Positions 1 to 12,050 of a stretch of 64,000 nucleotides of DNA are shown here, piece by piece. Position 1 is the first letter of the stretch; each line of letters starts with the position of its first letter. The translations under genes were made by a program, and so were the position numbers. The stretch comes from Lama glama. Taxonomy: Eukaryota. Location: the NCBI GenBank assembly GCA_028534125.1, contig CM052825.1:11532001-11596000 (forward strand). The letters are read 5' to 3'. Under the pieces are notes generated by a model, which was given only the letters and a program-made list of their open reading frames with translations, ran no database searches and was not told the DNA's origin.

Positions 1-257
1 TAATAAAAATTGTTTTAAAAAGAGGGGGAGGCATATTTCTAACAACCATATACTACATTAACAAAGAACAGAAAAGAGAAGGAGGGAAACAATTATTTCT
101 CATCTTCCATAAGGCAAGTATGATTAATTTGTAACTGATGTTAGGAGTTAAATTCCCAAAAACTTTATGGCTATTACTAGAATAAGTGAAAGTAAGACAT
201 CTAACTTCCAAACAACTGACAGGGTAATATTTTTAAAAAAAGAAAAAAGAAAAACAC

Positions 258-1457
258 CCTTTCTGTACAGCAAAGGAAACCACCCACAAAATGAAGAGGC
301 AACCTACTGAGTGGGAAAAAAATATTTGCAAGTCATATATCTGATAAGGATTAATCTTCACAATATGTAAAGAACTTATACAACTCAACAGCAAAGAAAA
401 AANNNNNNNNNNNNNNNNNNNNNNNNNNNNNNNNNNNNNNNNNNNNNNNNNNNNNNNNNNNNNNNNNNNNNNNNNNNNNNNNNNNNNNNNNNNNNNNNNN
501 NNNNNNNNNNNNNNNNNNNNNNNNNNNNNNNNNNNNNNNNNNNNNNNNNNNNNNNNNNNNNNNNNNNNNNNNNNNNNNNNNNNNNNNNNNNNNNNNNNNN
601 NNNNNNNNNNNNNNNNNNNNNNNNNNNNNNNNNNNNNNNNNNNNNNNNNNNNNNNNNNNNNNNNNNNNNNNNNNNNNNNNNNNNNNNNNNNNNNNNNNNN
701 NNNNNNNNNNNNNNNNNNNNNNNNNNNNNNNNNNNNNNNNNNNNNNNNNNNNNNNNNNNNNNNNNNNNNNNNNNNNNNNNNNNNNNNNNNNNNNNNNNNN
801 NNNNNNNNNNNNNNNNNNNNNNNNNNNNNNNNNNNNNNNNNNNNNNNNNNNNNNNNNNNNNNNNNNNNNNNNNNNNNNNNNNNNNNNNNNNNNNNNNNNN
901 NNNNNNNNNNNNNNNNNNNNNNNNNNNNNNNNNNNNNNNNNNNNNNNNNNNNNNNNNNNNNNNNNNNNCTTGTAACAACATGGATGGAGGTTGAGGACAT
1001 TATACTAAATGAAATAAGTCAAACATAGAAGGGCAAATACCATATGATCTCACTTACATAGAATGAAAAAAAAGCAGGCTCAAATACAGAGAACAGATTG
1101 GTGGTTGCCAGAGACAGGGCCTAGGGGGTGGGCAAAACGGATGAAGGCGGTCAAAAGATACAGACTTTCTATCATAAAACAAATAAGTCATGGGGATGTG
1201 ATGTACAGCATGGTGACTATAGTTAATAATACTATAACAAGACTATAGTTAATTAGTTGCAGAATTCAAAGTTGCTAAGGGAGTAGATCTTAAAATTACT
1301 CATTACAAGAAAAAAATTCTGTAACTATGTACGGTGACAGATGTTAACCAGACTTACTGTGGTGATCATTTTGCAATATATATATCAAATTATTACATTG
1401 TACACCTAAAACTAATATACGATTGTATGTCAATTATACCCCCAATTAAGAAAAAAA
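258..1457 (+). mobile_element. L1 3' portion (ORF2 end + 3' UTR, L1MA-like), interrupted by an assembly gap
   Basis: Motifs ttctgtacagcaaaggaaac...caacctactgagtgggaaaaaa; caacatggatggaggttgaggacattatactaaatgaaataagtca; catggtgactatagttaataa; tgtacacctaaaactaatat; A-rich end. Confidence 0.9.
403..968. other. Assembly gap (566 N)
   Basis: N run inside an L1. Confidence 0.99.
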
Positions 1458-1789
1458 CCTCTGTAGTCTGAAAAGAAGACAAATTAAATAGCCAGTGTGC
1501 ATGGAAACCAGCATACAGCAAAGTGACAGAATTAAGACCCAACTGAAAAGTCCTGAAATAAATGATCAGTTAAGCTTGCCCATAAAAAGGCTCTCAGAAT
1601 TATTAAAAACTAAAACAGAATGGTACATGATGTTTTATACACCTAACAAATCACACAGAAAGGGCAGGAGTGCAGTGCACCGTGCTCCTGGAAGAAGCTG
1701 AATAATTGTGAATGTTCCCCAGTAACCACACACAACAATGAATGTTATGCAAACACAGGCAAAAAGGTTATGGGGCAAAAAATCAACAG

Positions 1790-2450
1790 AAAGCAAAAGC
1801 ATTAATTCAAAGGCATTTCAAGAACATTTACATTGATAAAAGGTAAAATCCACTATGAGGGCAGACAAGAGCATTGAAAATTAAAATTAAAACTGCTGGA
1901 AGTAAACTAAGGAAGCAATGTAACAGCACTGGAACACATCACGGTAATTTATCTCAGATAAACTAACCAAAATACAGGTGGAGGGGATATAGATAATATG
2001 AAGATAACTTCTATGCATATATAAAAGCCTTATACCATAGAGGCAATGTCTTCATAAAAGTTCACCTTATTCTTGCGTACAAAGAAAATCCTAGCAAATA
2101 GCAGGTCATATTTATTTTCCAATGTGCAATGAAATAGAAAATTTAAATGTACACTAGAAATTTAAAGTCTTAGGAACTTGGAAATTATCAAATGCTTTCC
2201 TAAAAATATTAATAGAGCAGCAGAAGGAATTAAAATATGATAAAGTATTATAGAGAAAACAATGAAACAATTAAAACGATCTATCAAAATTTGGGAGGTA
2301 TTATTAAAGTCTTCTCAGTGGCAGATTTACTGTCCTACTTGCCTTAATTATTAAATAATGAGGAATTAAATTAAAATAAGTAATCTACTGAAGTTGCTAG
2401 AAATGTCAAACAATAAGCAAAACAGAAGCAAAAATAGAAAAACAAAACTA
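1790..2450 (+). mobile_element. Ancient degenerate L1 ORF2 (endonuclease-region) fragment
   Basis: A-rich, with L1 ORF2-like motifs (aagaaaatcctagcaaat, gaacttggaaattatcaaatgc, ctatcaaaatttggga). Confidence 0.55.
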
Positions 2451-2535
2451 AAACACCCTACAATTAAAACTAAGGGAAATGAATTGATTGCCACAGCAGT
2501 GAAGGATGCTCTCATCATTCACTGGTCCATTTAGG

Positions 2536-2864
2536 CAGAGTCATAAACTCCCCAGCCCACAAGGACCAAGCTAGGGCATCAAAAGAGACCAGGCAGGTGC
2601 GAATACATTTGAATATATGTAATACAATAAGGACTGGTGGAGACTGCGGCATTTGACCTGGCTAGAAAGGACAGCTACTCAACTCCACCAAATTATTGCA
2701 ATGAAGGAATGTAGGGCTAGACTTGCCAAATTCTCTCATATTTTAAGAGAGAGAAATGTAGATTTTTAATATGAGACTTTCTGCTTTAGAAAATGATGCG
2801 TGAGCCAAATTAAACATGGCTAACAGCTGAATTTGGCTGGTAGGCTGCAAGTATGCAACTTCCG
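2536..2864 (+). mobile_element. hAT-Charlie non-autonomous element (MER102-like)
   Basis: Termini cagagtcataaact...gtatgcaacttccg; internal cagctactcaactcc and ttgccaaattctc...gatttttaatatgaga; flanks atttaggc / atttagac resemble an 8-bp hAT TSD. Confidence 0.65.
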
Positions 2865-2879
2865 ATTTAGACTACTTTT

Positions 2880-3480
2880 AGCTTGAATCAGTTTCAATAA
2901 CTTATATTTTTCCAAAAATCTCCATTTCATGTAGATGTTCAAATGTATTCACACGAAATGGCCTCAAGTATTCTTTTTCAAAATCTCCCATGTTTTTCAT
3001 TTCTACTTTATTTTAGTGATAACTCTCTTTAATTTTTAATTAAACATGCTTTATTTGTCAATTTGTTGCATCTTTTTCAAAGAATCGGCTCTTGGATCTG
3101 TTCATCACATTGAAAGAATTTTGGTTTTTCATTTTTAAATTTCCAAGTGGGTGGGATTCTTATTCAAACTTTTGTTATTAATTTCTGGTTTAGTGCATGG
3201 TAGTCAAAGAATGTGCCTGTGATGTGTGTCCTTTGGAATTTAATTAGGTTGTCTTTCTGGCTTAATACATACTCATGTTTGTTACTGTTCCAGAATCACT
3301 TCAAAAGAAGAGTTATCCTCTTTTCAAGGGTACAAAGTTTATACTACACACATGCACACACACACTCATATACACACACATTCAGTGTCATTCAAAATCT
3401 GTTGCTTAGTTTTATCTACTTGATCAAGCTGCAAGGAATATGTAAAATCTCCCATAATAATCATTCTTGCCCCCTATCCA
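2880..3480 (-). mobile_element. Ancient L1 ORF2 fragment, antisense
   Basis: T-rich; motifs tctttttcaaagaatcggctcttgg and atttctggtttagtgcatggtagtcaaagaat. Confidence 0.6.
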
Positions 3481-3569
3481 TAGTATTCCTAAAACTTTTC
3501 TCCTGAGATAAAACTTTTACAATGAATGTGACATTCTAATAAAATATAGAAAAGGCCTAAAATCCTTAA

Positions 3570-3952
3570 GTCATCATTAGTGTTGTTCACCAAATATTTC
3601 CAGTTCATTCCCTTCTGGTCATGGAGTCAGATTCAACTTCCTAACACTCCTTGATATTAGGGACAGCCATGTGACTTGCTTTAGTCAATGAGATGTGAAC
3701 AGAAGTGACAAAAACTTCAAGAATCACTATGTGCTTCACTCAGTCTGTCGCCCCTGCTACTGCTGTCATGGAAGCATAGGGAGAAGTCTCCCTCTGCCAG
3801 GATTCCTGAGTGAGAATGACTAAAGGAAACATCCAGCCAACCCACAATGGCCATACAGCATGAGTGAGAACTTCTATTTTGTGATATTAAGCCACTGATA
3901 TTCAGGGAATTATTTATTACTGCAGCATAACTTAGCCTGTCCTCACTGAAAC
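3570..3952 (+). mobile_element. MaLR solo LTR (MLT1I/J-like)
   Basis: gccatgtgacttgctttagtcaatgagatgtgaacagaagtgac...ttaagccactgatattcaggg...tactgcagcataacttagcctgtcctcactgaaaca. Confidence 0.8.
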
Positions 3953-4278
3953 AGACCTTCCCCTCAAAAAGACAATCTGCAAAAGGAAAAGAAAAAAGGA
4001 TAACCAATCACCAGATGAAAAATACATCATCTCATTTATGAAGGAAAAGAAACCAAGTCCCCATTTTTCACCAATCATTTAAGTAATGATTTGTTAAAAA
4101 ATATTCAATACTGTTCAGTGTGTTCTGAGATGGGCGTTTTCATTTAATCCTTTTGGTAAATCCTGCCAAAGAGAAATATCATTTATGTATGAGGAATTTC
4201 AGCAGGTTCTTATCTTTCACATAATACTCTCCCTTCTAGGAATGCAGCGTGGTTTCAGTTTTCATGATGATGCACTAT

Positions 4279-4830
4279 GTGATACCAGGAGGAAACAAAC
4301 TTCCCAGGTGGGATTCCGAGATTGGTTTGCTTATCTATGATCTTAAATGAGGGGCTGACCTTCCTGCTAATGAAAAATGGGATAGTTATCAATGGCATGA
4401 CTGGCATCACAATTAACTAAATGTCACCTGTGGCTTCTTGGGATGAAATAATTACTGAAAGCAAGGCTTTTGAAGACCCATGGAGCTACTGTGTTCGACC
4501 TTCACACCAGCAATGATGACTACAAGGACCGTGGGGTGGGATGGCTGCGTCTAACGAGCTCAGCCCTTGAAACGCTCAGCTCAGGTTACAGTCAGAGAAC
4601 TAGAGTACTTCGAGGGTAGCTCGCAAATAATCACTTACTTCTTACAACTAACTGCAGGGAAGACCCCAAATCTAATCATGTGGTCGACAGAATTATAAGC
4701 TGAAATCTCAGACTCATCAAGTCTCTTACGTGAAATTTATGACATTGGTTGGAAAGAAGTGGGACCTGAGGCTCAGAATGGGGACCTCTGCGTGGATTCA
4801 GAAAACTGAATGGTTGAGCCTCCCTGGTGT
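4279..4830 (+). mobile_element. ERVL/MaLR internal (gag-like) fragment
   Basis: Starts tgataccagga (ERVL tggtaccagga-like); motifs tacaaggaccgtggggtgggatggctg and gacattggttggaaagaagtgggacctgag. Confidence 0.6.
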
Positions 4831-6209
4831 CCCCTCTGATGTCTCCCTAAGGTCAGACAAGATCAGCTTCATGTAGTCTGTGGCTAAGCATCTTCCCACT
4901 CATACAGAAAGAAGGATGTATCTCAGCTCAAAATAGACCTATGCCGGTTCCAGAGCATCCAAATCAGTACACTGATGTGTGTGAATGTGCCGTGGAAGTC
5001 AGCTGGATTCGGAATTAAGCTCATATTTTTCTGTCTTCTAGAAGCTCACAGATGAAAACAGAAGAGTCATAACCATATGACTAATCAGCAAAGGATGAAT
5101 GCTTGTAATGAATGGGTAGGAAAAGAGGGGAGATGTGGACACGGAGCCTAGCAGCAGGGACACTGCTGGCTTTCATGACTCCGACCATAATTTTGCTCTC
5201 TGGGGCTCAGTGGTTCGTCTCAAAATGAACCAAAAGTGAGTCTTGCCAACCATAAAAATAAGAAAATTCACACACAGTGGACACTAGATAAATCCTTTTT
5301 AAATGGAACTAAACTGAATCATAGTCAGCATCCAGTGGTGAGCCTAAAACAAGACAAAACTACAAACCTGTCGAGAGATAAGAATGCATTTCAAACCCCC
5401 AAATCTGTTGGAGTTTCATGAGATTTCTGCATCTCTGAGCAGCAGAAGGTAAGTCCAGGGTGTGGGGAGCAAGGTCTGCATTTGTTTTGTTCCTTAAGTG
5501 CAGGAGAGGCGAGGGCAGCTGAGAACAGGAGAGGGTTGCGTTAGGAGATGTGAGATGCTGAAAACATTGCCTGCTTTGATAGTTTCAGGGAACTACCCAC
5601 AAAGCTAGCTGGATTCACTCCAGATGGCCACGGTGGTGTGGCTGGTGAAACCATTAACACACAGAAAGCAGTCAAAAATGTCTCTTTGGCCTTGAAGATA
5701 CCAAACCCTTATTCCTTAGTGAATGATGCAGGATGCTCTCAGGGGCCCCAAGAGGTGCTGTGGGAACCACAGAGCTGACAGGAGCAGGTGGAACGGGGCA
5801 GAGCCCGCAGTCAATTTCTCAGCCCGCATCTAGGAAAGATTTAAGTTCAAGGATACTTTTCTGGGGGTGACAGTTTTATCAGTTCTTCCAAGGACTGTAC
5901 CTAACTGGTACTGAGATGCATTGGAGAGAAGTGGATTTCCTAAAGCGAGGAGTGCCTCAGGGCACTGGGCTTAAAGGCCTCCAGGGGCCTGAGTGAGAGA
6001 GTGCAGGCTTCCAGAATCTGGGCTGAAGGAGAGATCCTGGCAAAAGCATCCAGGAAAGGGGAAGTCTGGTCCCCAACTGGTGTTCGGACAAAACTCATCT
6101 CAGCTGCAGAGGCTGAAAGAAGCTTTGCAGGAGCGAGCCAAAGAGGACGCTCTAGGCACGGGGCAGAAGTTTGGCTTTTCTGTTAACTCCGAGCAGTCCC
6201 ACCTATGCA

Positions 6210-6246
6210 GTGCATGCACGCGTGCGCACACACACACACATGCACA
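6210..6246. repeat. Alternating purine/pyrimidine tract with (CA)n
   Basis: gtgcatgcacgcgtgcgcacacacacacacatgcaca. Confidence 0.9.
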
Positions 6247-8534
6247 GAGTCCCAGCACTGAAGGCAACTTGGCCCTGGCCAAGAGAACAATTCCAGATCT
6301 GACTGCCTGTCTTCCATTCTGCCCTCTGGAAATCCAGCTCCACACTCCCACTGGAACCGTCTGGCTCCTGCAGGCTCCGTGTCCAGGAAACCCCGCCGAG
6401 TTCGCTAATCCAGGGAGGTTACTGTTACACTCAGAGCCCAGCAAGGCCACCCCCTCCCAAAGAACCACCAAATGAAAGCCTCCTGTGCAGACCCAGGTTG
6501 CACAGATGCAGGCTAATTCCATCCGGGCCTCGTGCCGAAGGTGTGACCTCACCGTCGGGCAAACCGGCAGGGACCCCAGCAGGGAACGATCGGTGTGTGG
6601 GCCAGACCTGCTTCTAATCACGGCCAGCTGGGATGGAGGGAGGCACCGCTGCCTCTCCTGCCGCCCCTGGGTGCCAGGACCAGGAGGCATGGTCATCTTA
6701 CAGCGAAGAATCTCAAGTTCCGGCCCAGACACTTTCTGTCTGCAGTGGGCAGTATCCCCATCAAAATCTCTGCCATTCCACAAGTTTCATGCCAAAGAGA
6801 AGCTTAATTAGGTAAGGCCAAATCTCTGTGGAGAATCCCCTGGGACAGAAGCTGGGAGAAGGCATATAATTAGAAACTGACTTTTTGTAAAAACAGAATA
6901 GCTCAAAAGACCCCATTAAGAGGACACTGAGAAACAGTAAATCTGTCCATAGCCAGAACCCAGGACCGCAGAAATTTCACTTACCGGCATCATTTACAAA
7001 ACAGAAAGACGGTCAGCCTGGGCATTCTTCCCTTGGCTCCTTCCACACTGAAGCATTTAGCACACTGCAAAAGGCAATTCCTCTTGCCTACACTGCCGCG
7101 TGGTTTTTATATATTCTGAACTGAAACTTTCATGGGCAACAGAACGAAACTTCAAGGAAGCTACACTTCAAAGGTAAATAACTGTGTTTTCACCTGGTAG
7201 AGTCACCATGGAAAAGCTCATGACTTGAGCTTCTGTTAAAGGAACTAATGGAAATTCTCTACACATGTTGCTTGGAAGTTCTGCCCTCAGCCTTGGTAGC
7301 TAAGTAGGATGTTCCAAATAAACTGGTGATGCCTGCAGTCTCTTAAACCGCATCTGCTCTAGATTCTGCTTGAGTCCCTTGGACCGCACCATCACACGAG
7401 ATCCCCTGGGGGCTCCAAGCCCTCATGGAATCAGGGAGGATTTGCAATAATGTAAAACTTCCCCATGAGCCGGGGTCTAATGAATGAATATATAAAGACC
7501 AAGGGTGGACTTTGATGAAGACCCTTAAATCTCATAGGACTAACTCTCCCACGAGAGCCCCAGCTCATTTTGCCTAATGTTGCTAATTCCATTTTCTTTC
7601 AGTCCATTTGACCATGTTTGATTTTCTGAATTGTGGGAGGAGAATCAAAAACACAACAACATTCTTCATTCCATACAGAGGGGTAGAGATGAAGATTTTT
7701 ATTATTTTCAGAAAAGAAACTCTTTCTTTTTTTCTGGAAACACACCTCCAAAATGAGGAAAAGAATCCACAGAAAAGACTCCACTCTACAACACGGGCTC
7801 TGCTCCAGCTTCTCAGAAATACCTCTAAATACAAAGTAAGGTCGAACCAGGCTTGCGAAGACCCAGTGAGTCACAACCAATCGGAGCTGTGAGGACAGGC
7901 TGGCATGGCACACACAACTGAACATCCCTGATAAAACGTCTCTTTCCTGAACCAGAAAATAGATGCCCACAGCTGCACTTGGCGGTGGGTGATGGGCTCC
8001 ATCCGCCATATGGTCACCCTTATTATCATCCTTTCAGCAAGGCCAGCAGGATAATGGGACAGCCACGTTCTAATTAGTCTGCAGGCCAAGCAAAATCTCC
8101 CTACCACGGTCTCGGTCTACTCCTCCAAAAGACTTCCTTCCCCTGCTCATCTCTTCCCCTTTACTTGGTCTGTGCTTCGTGCTCATGGGGACCCGATAGT
8201 TCTCAGAGCCCCCCATTCTGGACGCCTTCTGCCTGGAATCAAACTGCTTTTCAGAGGGGAAGAGTGTGTGCTGAAGAAATAAAATAAGGAGGCCCCTTCC
8301 TGGACCTTCAGCTCAGGCGAGATCTTAATGCCAGGAAGGTCACGGCCAGTTTGGGACAAACTCTTAGGGTTTTAGCGCAGGAAAGAACCTGAAAGATAAT
8401 CCCATGCGGACACTTTTCAGAACTGCTTAAACACAGTGGAACTCGTTCCCTCAGTGAATGACCCTTTCCCTTTTTCTCAATGTATCTGGAAACCTAGTAT
8501 GTAAAACAGAGAGAAAAGAAGAGATTACAGCTAA

Positions 8535-8928
8535 ACAATGGGATATGATCTGGCCGTGAAAAGCAACGAAGTGGTGCTACAGGCTACAACACGGAAGAAC
8601 CTTTCAAATATTATGCTATGTGAAGGAAGCCAGGTACAAAGTGTGTCATACGATTTCATTTACATGAGACATCCAGAGGTGAGTCCACTAGACAGAAAGT
8701 AGCTTAGTGGCTGCCTGAAACTTGGCAGGGATAGAGGACTTGGGAGGTGATGACTAAGAAGGACAGGGTTTCTTTTTGGAGTGGGGAAAGTGTTCTACAA
8801 TTGATTACGCCATTGGTTGCACAAGTCTGTGAATATTCTCAAAGCCACTGAACTGTACAGGTTCCCTGGGTGAACTTTATGGCATGAGAGTTCTGTCTCA
8901 ATAAAGCCGCTTCCAAAACAAAACAAAC
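8535..8928 (+). mobile_element. L1MB-type 3' UTR
   Basis: ctacaacacggaagaacctttcaaatattatgctatgtgaaggaagccag...gttgcacaagtctgtgaatat...ctcaataaagc. Confidence 0.85.
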
Positions 8929-9168
8929 CTGTTCCCACTGGGCCACCAGCCAGGCCTCCTTCCTCACCCGACTCCCTCTGGTGGCCCCAGAACTACCTGT
9001 GCAGACCCCTAGGAGCCTCCGGAATGTTGTCTGAAAAACCCTGATCTAGTTCAAGTTTCCATTCCTCAAATGTCAACCGAGACATGAAGCCGAGTCTTCC
9101 GACTGTGAGCGCGTGGCCCTCTGACCCCCAGGGCTCGCTGACGGGCCCAGGCTCGCCCCGGGGCTCAC

Positions 9169-9312
9169 CGTCCATGTCCAGGCGCTGCATGATGATGGCC
9201 AGCTCCACCTCGCTCGGCATGTACCCCAGAGAGCGCATGGCCATTCCCAGCTCCTGCTTGGAGATGAAGCCATTCCCGTCTCGGTCCAGAACTCGAAAGG
9301 CCTCTCGGATTT
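9169..9312 (-). CDS. CALN1: Internal coding exon of calneuron-1 (CaBP8): EF-hand 1 and the start of EF-hand 2
   Basis: Translates as (E)IREAFRVLDRDGNGFISKQELGMAMRSLGYMPSEVELAIIMQRLDMD(G), with the canonical 12-residue EF loop DRDGNGFISKQE. Residues RVL, GMAM and PSEVELAIIMQ fit CALN1 rather than the paralog CABP7 (recalled as KVF, GTAM, PNEVELEVIIQ). Acceptor ...ctttccccttgtAG at 9314-9313 and donor GTGAG at 9168-9164. Length 144 nt, phase 1-1. Confidence 0.96.
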
Positions 9313-9349
9313 CTACAAGGGGAAAGCAAAGAAAGGCCAAAGGTCAAGA
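9313..9349 (-). promoter_or_regulatory. 3' splice site: polypyrimidine tract and candidate branch point for the CALN1 exon
   Basis: Minus strand reads ctcttgACctttggcctttctttgctttccccttgtAG. The candidate branch A is at 9344 (-32). Confidence 0.75.
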
Positions 9350-10290
9350 GGCTTGGTCTACTGCGTTGAAATCACCGGCGACTGCTGAAAGCCTCTAAAT
9401 AAACTGCTTTACAAGTAGTGATATGTCAAAACCCTTTAATCCGGTAACAGGGTGGCCAAAAGAGGAACAAAAGAAAAGAAGGGTGGGGGGAAGGGAATGA
9501 GAGGAAAGGAAAAGGAGGAGAGAGGGAGAAAAAAAGAAAAACAGTTTGGAAGGAAGAAGGAGGTAATTGGCCTCGAGTACCCTAAAACAGTGTAGTGCAC
9601 ACACAATTAGACAGTGGTCCCAGCTAAGGATCGTGTTAGCCAAGGACACTTTGCCAACAAGGATGAGGGTGAGGTTTTGCCTGTGAGAAGACGGCTGCCT
9701 CTTAGCTTGGGCCATTAGGACAAAAGGAGAATGAGACTCCCCTTTGCAGACCTTTATTCCAGCTCCCCGCTGCTGCAGGAACCGTGTAGAAAGCTTTCTC
9801 AACCTCATAGGAGGACAGGAATTAAGTATCCTGCTGTTTTTATTTCATTCCTCTAATTTACAGCATCTTTATGGCTATAAACAACCTCAGATCAATAAGG
9901 GCGTCATAAAAGCCCAAAACGCATCTTTAATCACATTCTCTAGGGCTGGCGGAGAATTTGACTCCGCCATCACTAAGGCCATTTCACCCAGCAGGGGACT
10001 CCCATCCTCTTACCCAACCCGGAACCCTCCCGCCAGAGTCCCCGCTGCCTGTTTGCCCTGGGTCGGCTGAGCACTTCCTAACACACCACACCCCTGCGAG
10101 GCACGCCGTGGGAATCTGATGCGAGATCACAGCCTGGAGATTAGAGGTTCGTCAGTCGTATATGAGTACCAGGCATGGATGGCTTTGATTTTTTCATCAA
10201 TAAACCTGGTGTGAGCCCAGCACAGCAACTGTCAGCCTTTCTCATCTCCTTCAAGTATTGGCCACCTATACCTGAGGTCATATCCATTTA

Positions 10291-10450
10291 CTGTCGTTCC
10301 TCGGTGTCTGCAGGGGATTGGCACCAGGACGCCGAGGATACCAAAATCCATGGATGCTCAAGTCCCTTAATATAAAACATATAAAATGGCGCAGTACAGT
10401 TCGCCCTCGTATCAGTGGGTTCAGCCCCCTTGGATACGGAGGGCCACGTG
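10291..10450 (+). mobile_element. TcMar-Tigger MITE (MER2/Tigger2 family)
   Basis: TA|ctgtcgttcctcggtgtctgcaggggattgg...ggataccaaaatccatggatgctcaagtccctt...ggatacggagggccacgtg|TA, with a TA target duplication on both sides. Confidence 0.8.
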
Positions 10451-10533
10451 TACGCGTCTCTTCTCCAAATACCTGACTGGCCTCCCAGCAATGACCTGGA
10501 ACCCTGACCCAAGCCGGCTTTCCCTTTCCTACT

Positions 10534-10982
10534 TGTATTAAATTCCTGTGGCTGCTATAACCAATCACACAGACTTGGTGGCTTAAAAGAACAGAAATTT
10601 ATTCTCTCACAGTCTGGAGGTCAGAAACCTGAAATCGGTTATCACTGGACCAAAACCCAGGTGTGGATAGACCTGCGCTCCCCCGCGGGCTGCAGGGAAG
10701 ATCCTCTCCCAAGTCTGCTTCCGCGGCTTGTGGCCGCATCACTCCGATCTCTGCTCTGTGGTCACATCCCCTTCTCTTCTGTCTGTGATCTCCCTCTGCC
10801 TCCCTCTGATAACGATGCTTGTGATTGTCTTTAGGGACCCGCTGGACAACCCAGGATAGTTTCCCCATCTCAAGATCCTTAACTCAATGACATCTTCAAA
10901 GACCCTTTTTCCAAAGTAACATTTACAAAGTTCCAGGGATGACAATCTGATGCCTTTGGGGGTTGTTTTTCAGACCTCTACA
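10534..10982 (-). mobile_element. MaLR solo LTR (MLT1C/D-like)
   Basis: tgtattaaattcctgtggctgctataac...cagaaatttattctctcacagtctggagg...ccccatctcaagatccttaact. Confidence 0.85.
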
Positions 10983-11419
10983 CTCTCCCATCCAGTACAT
11001 CCACCTGAAACACCTTGCCTTCCTCTTGACCCACCCAAATTACATGGGTCCTTCAGGGCCAAGTCAGGGGCTGTGTATGTCACCAGAACGCCTTTGCTCA
11101 CCGCAGCCAAGTTACCTCCCTCCCTGCCGACTGTTCAGCAGGCCATTTACTCCTTTCATGTCACATCTAGCACGTGCTATCTAGAAATGTGATGCAGAAA
11201 CACACACAGCGGCTTCTCTGAGCCGCTAGCTCCTCGTGTGTTTCATTTCGCTGTACGTTCCCACCTACGCTCTGAAGGGGGCGCTGGATGGACGGCTGTT
11301 CCACACACTACGAGTCTGAGCAAGTAAGGACCAGATATTAGCAGCAAATTCATTACTGATACTAATTCAGCACACTGAGGTCGTCCTGTGAGTAAACGTG
11401 TGCTCCAGCAGAGGCAAGA

Positions 11420-11560
11420 CCAGCCTGTGAGTCAGGACCTCAGGCTCCCGGCCAGGCCTATTAGCTAATTAGGTCTGCAGCCAAACCCCGAGGCTTCGGT
11501 GTGTCCATGTGTAAAATGAGCTGGGTTGGCCAAGAGAATCCTTAAGGTCCTCTTAGCCCC
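11420..11560 (+). mobile_element. MIR SINE fragment
   Basis: gagtcaggacctcagg...gcttcggtgtgtccatgtgtaaaatgag...ccttaaggtcctcttagccc. Confidence 0.65.
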
Positions 11561-11934
11561 TTTCTGAGGATCCGCAGACATCATTAAAGTATTTAAGAAA
11601 AGAACAGGAAGCCTGTGTTCTCTTTCATACCCTATTAAACTGCTGTTCAAACATCCTGCTTTTTTCCATTGATGATATAGGAAATGTTTTAGTCCCATCC
11701 AAATTCTGAGTCAAGAGGTCTGTCTGCACGTTTAGGCTTATTTCTCATCAACAAAACGTGCCCAAGATTACCTAGAGCAGCCATGTGTTTTCCTACCAAG
11801 TGCCAGGTGGCCCTCGAAGAGCTTAGAGCCACTGCTCAGTCTGAGGTCAGGGCACGTTTTGTTGACTATGGCCTCATTCGGCTTGAGCCCAGATGCTAAG
11901 GACAGGAGGATGCACAGGGAGGGTCTCCTGAGAT

Positions 11935-12050
11935 GGGAATCAGCCCACAAGGAAGTCTGCCTGGCTCTGCCCTGTGACCAGGGCATCCCTCTCCTTCAGC
12001 CTCAGTGTTCCCATCTGAAAAATGGGTTGGCTTAGATCTCCTTCCTGCTT
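11935..12050 (+). mobile_element. MIR SINE fragment
   Basis: cctgtgaccagggcatccctctccttcagcctcagtgttcccatctgaaaaatggg. Confidence 0.6.

Noticed and set aside
233-1000. Long ORFs containing X runs (also at 17.4-17.9 kb and 20.0-20.3 kb)
   Set aside because: Artefacts of translating through N gaps.
5993-6815. Overlapping 160-227 aa ORFs on both strands
   Set aside because: No recognisable domain; they run through a CA repeat; typical of GC-rich stop-poor intron.
7980-8008. tggcgg...ccgcca hairpin echoing the one at 9947-9969, as a possible exon-looping pair
   Set aside because: Only 6 shared base pairs; expected by chance.
8993-9340. 115-aa ORF as a complete single-exon EF-hand gene or processed pseudogene
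   Set aside because: Similarity to CALN1 starts and stops exactly at AG/GT splice sites; the flanking residues are translated intron.
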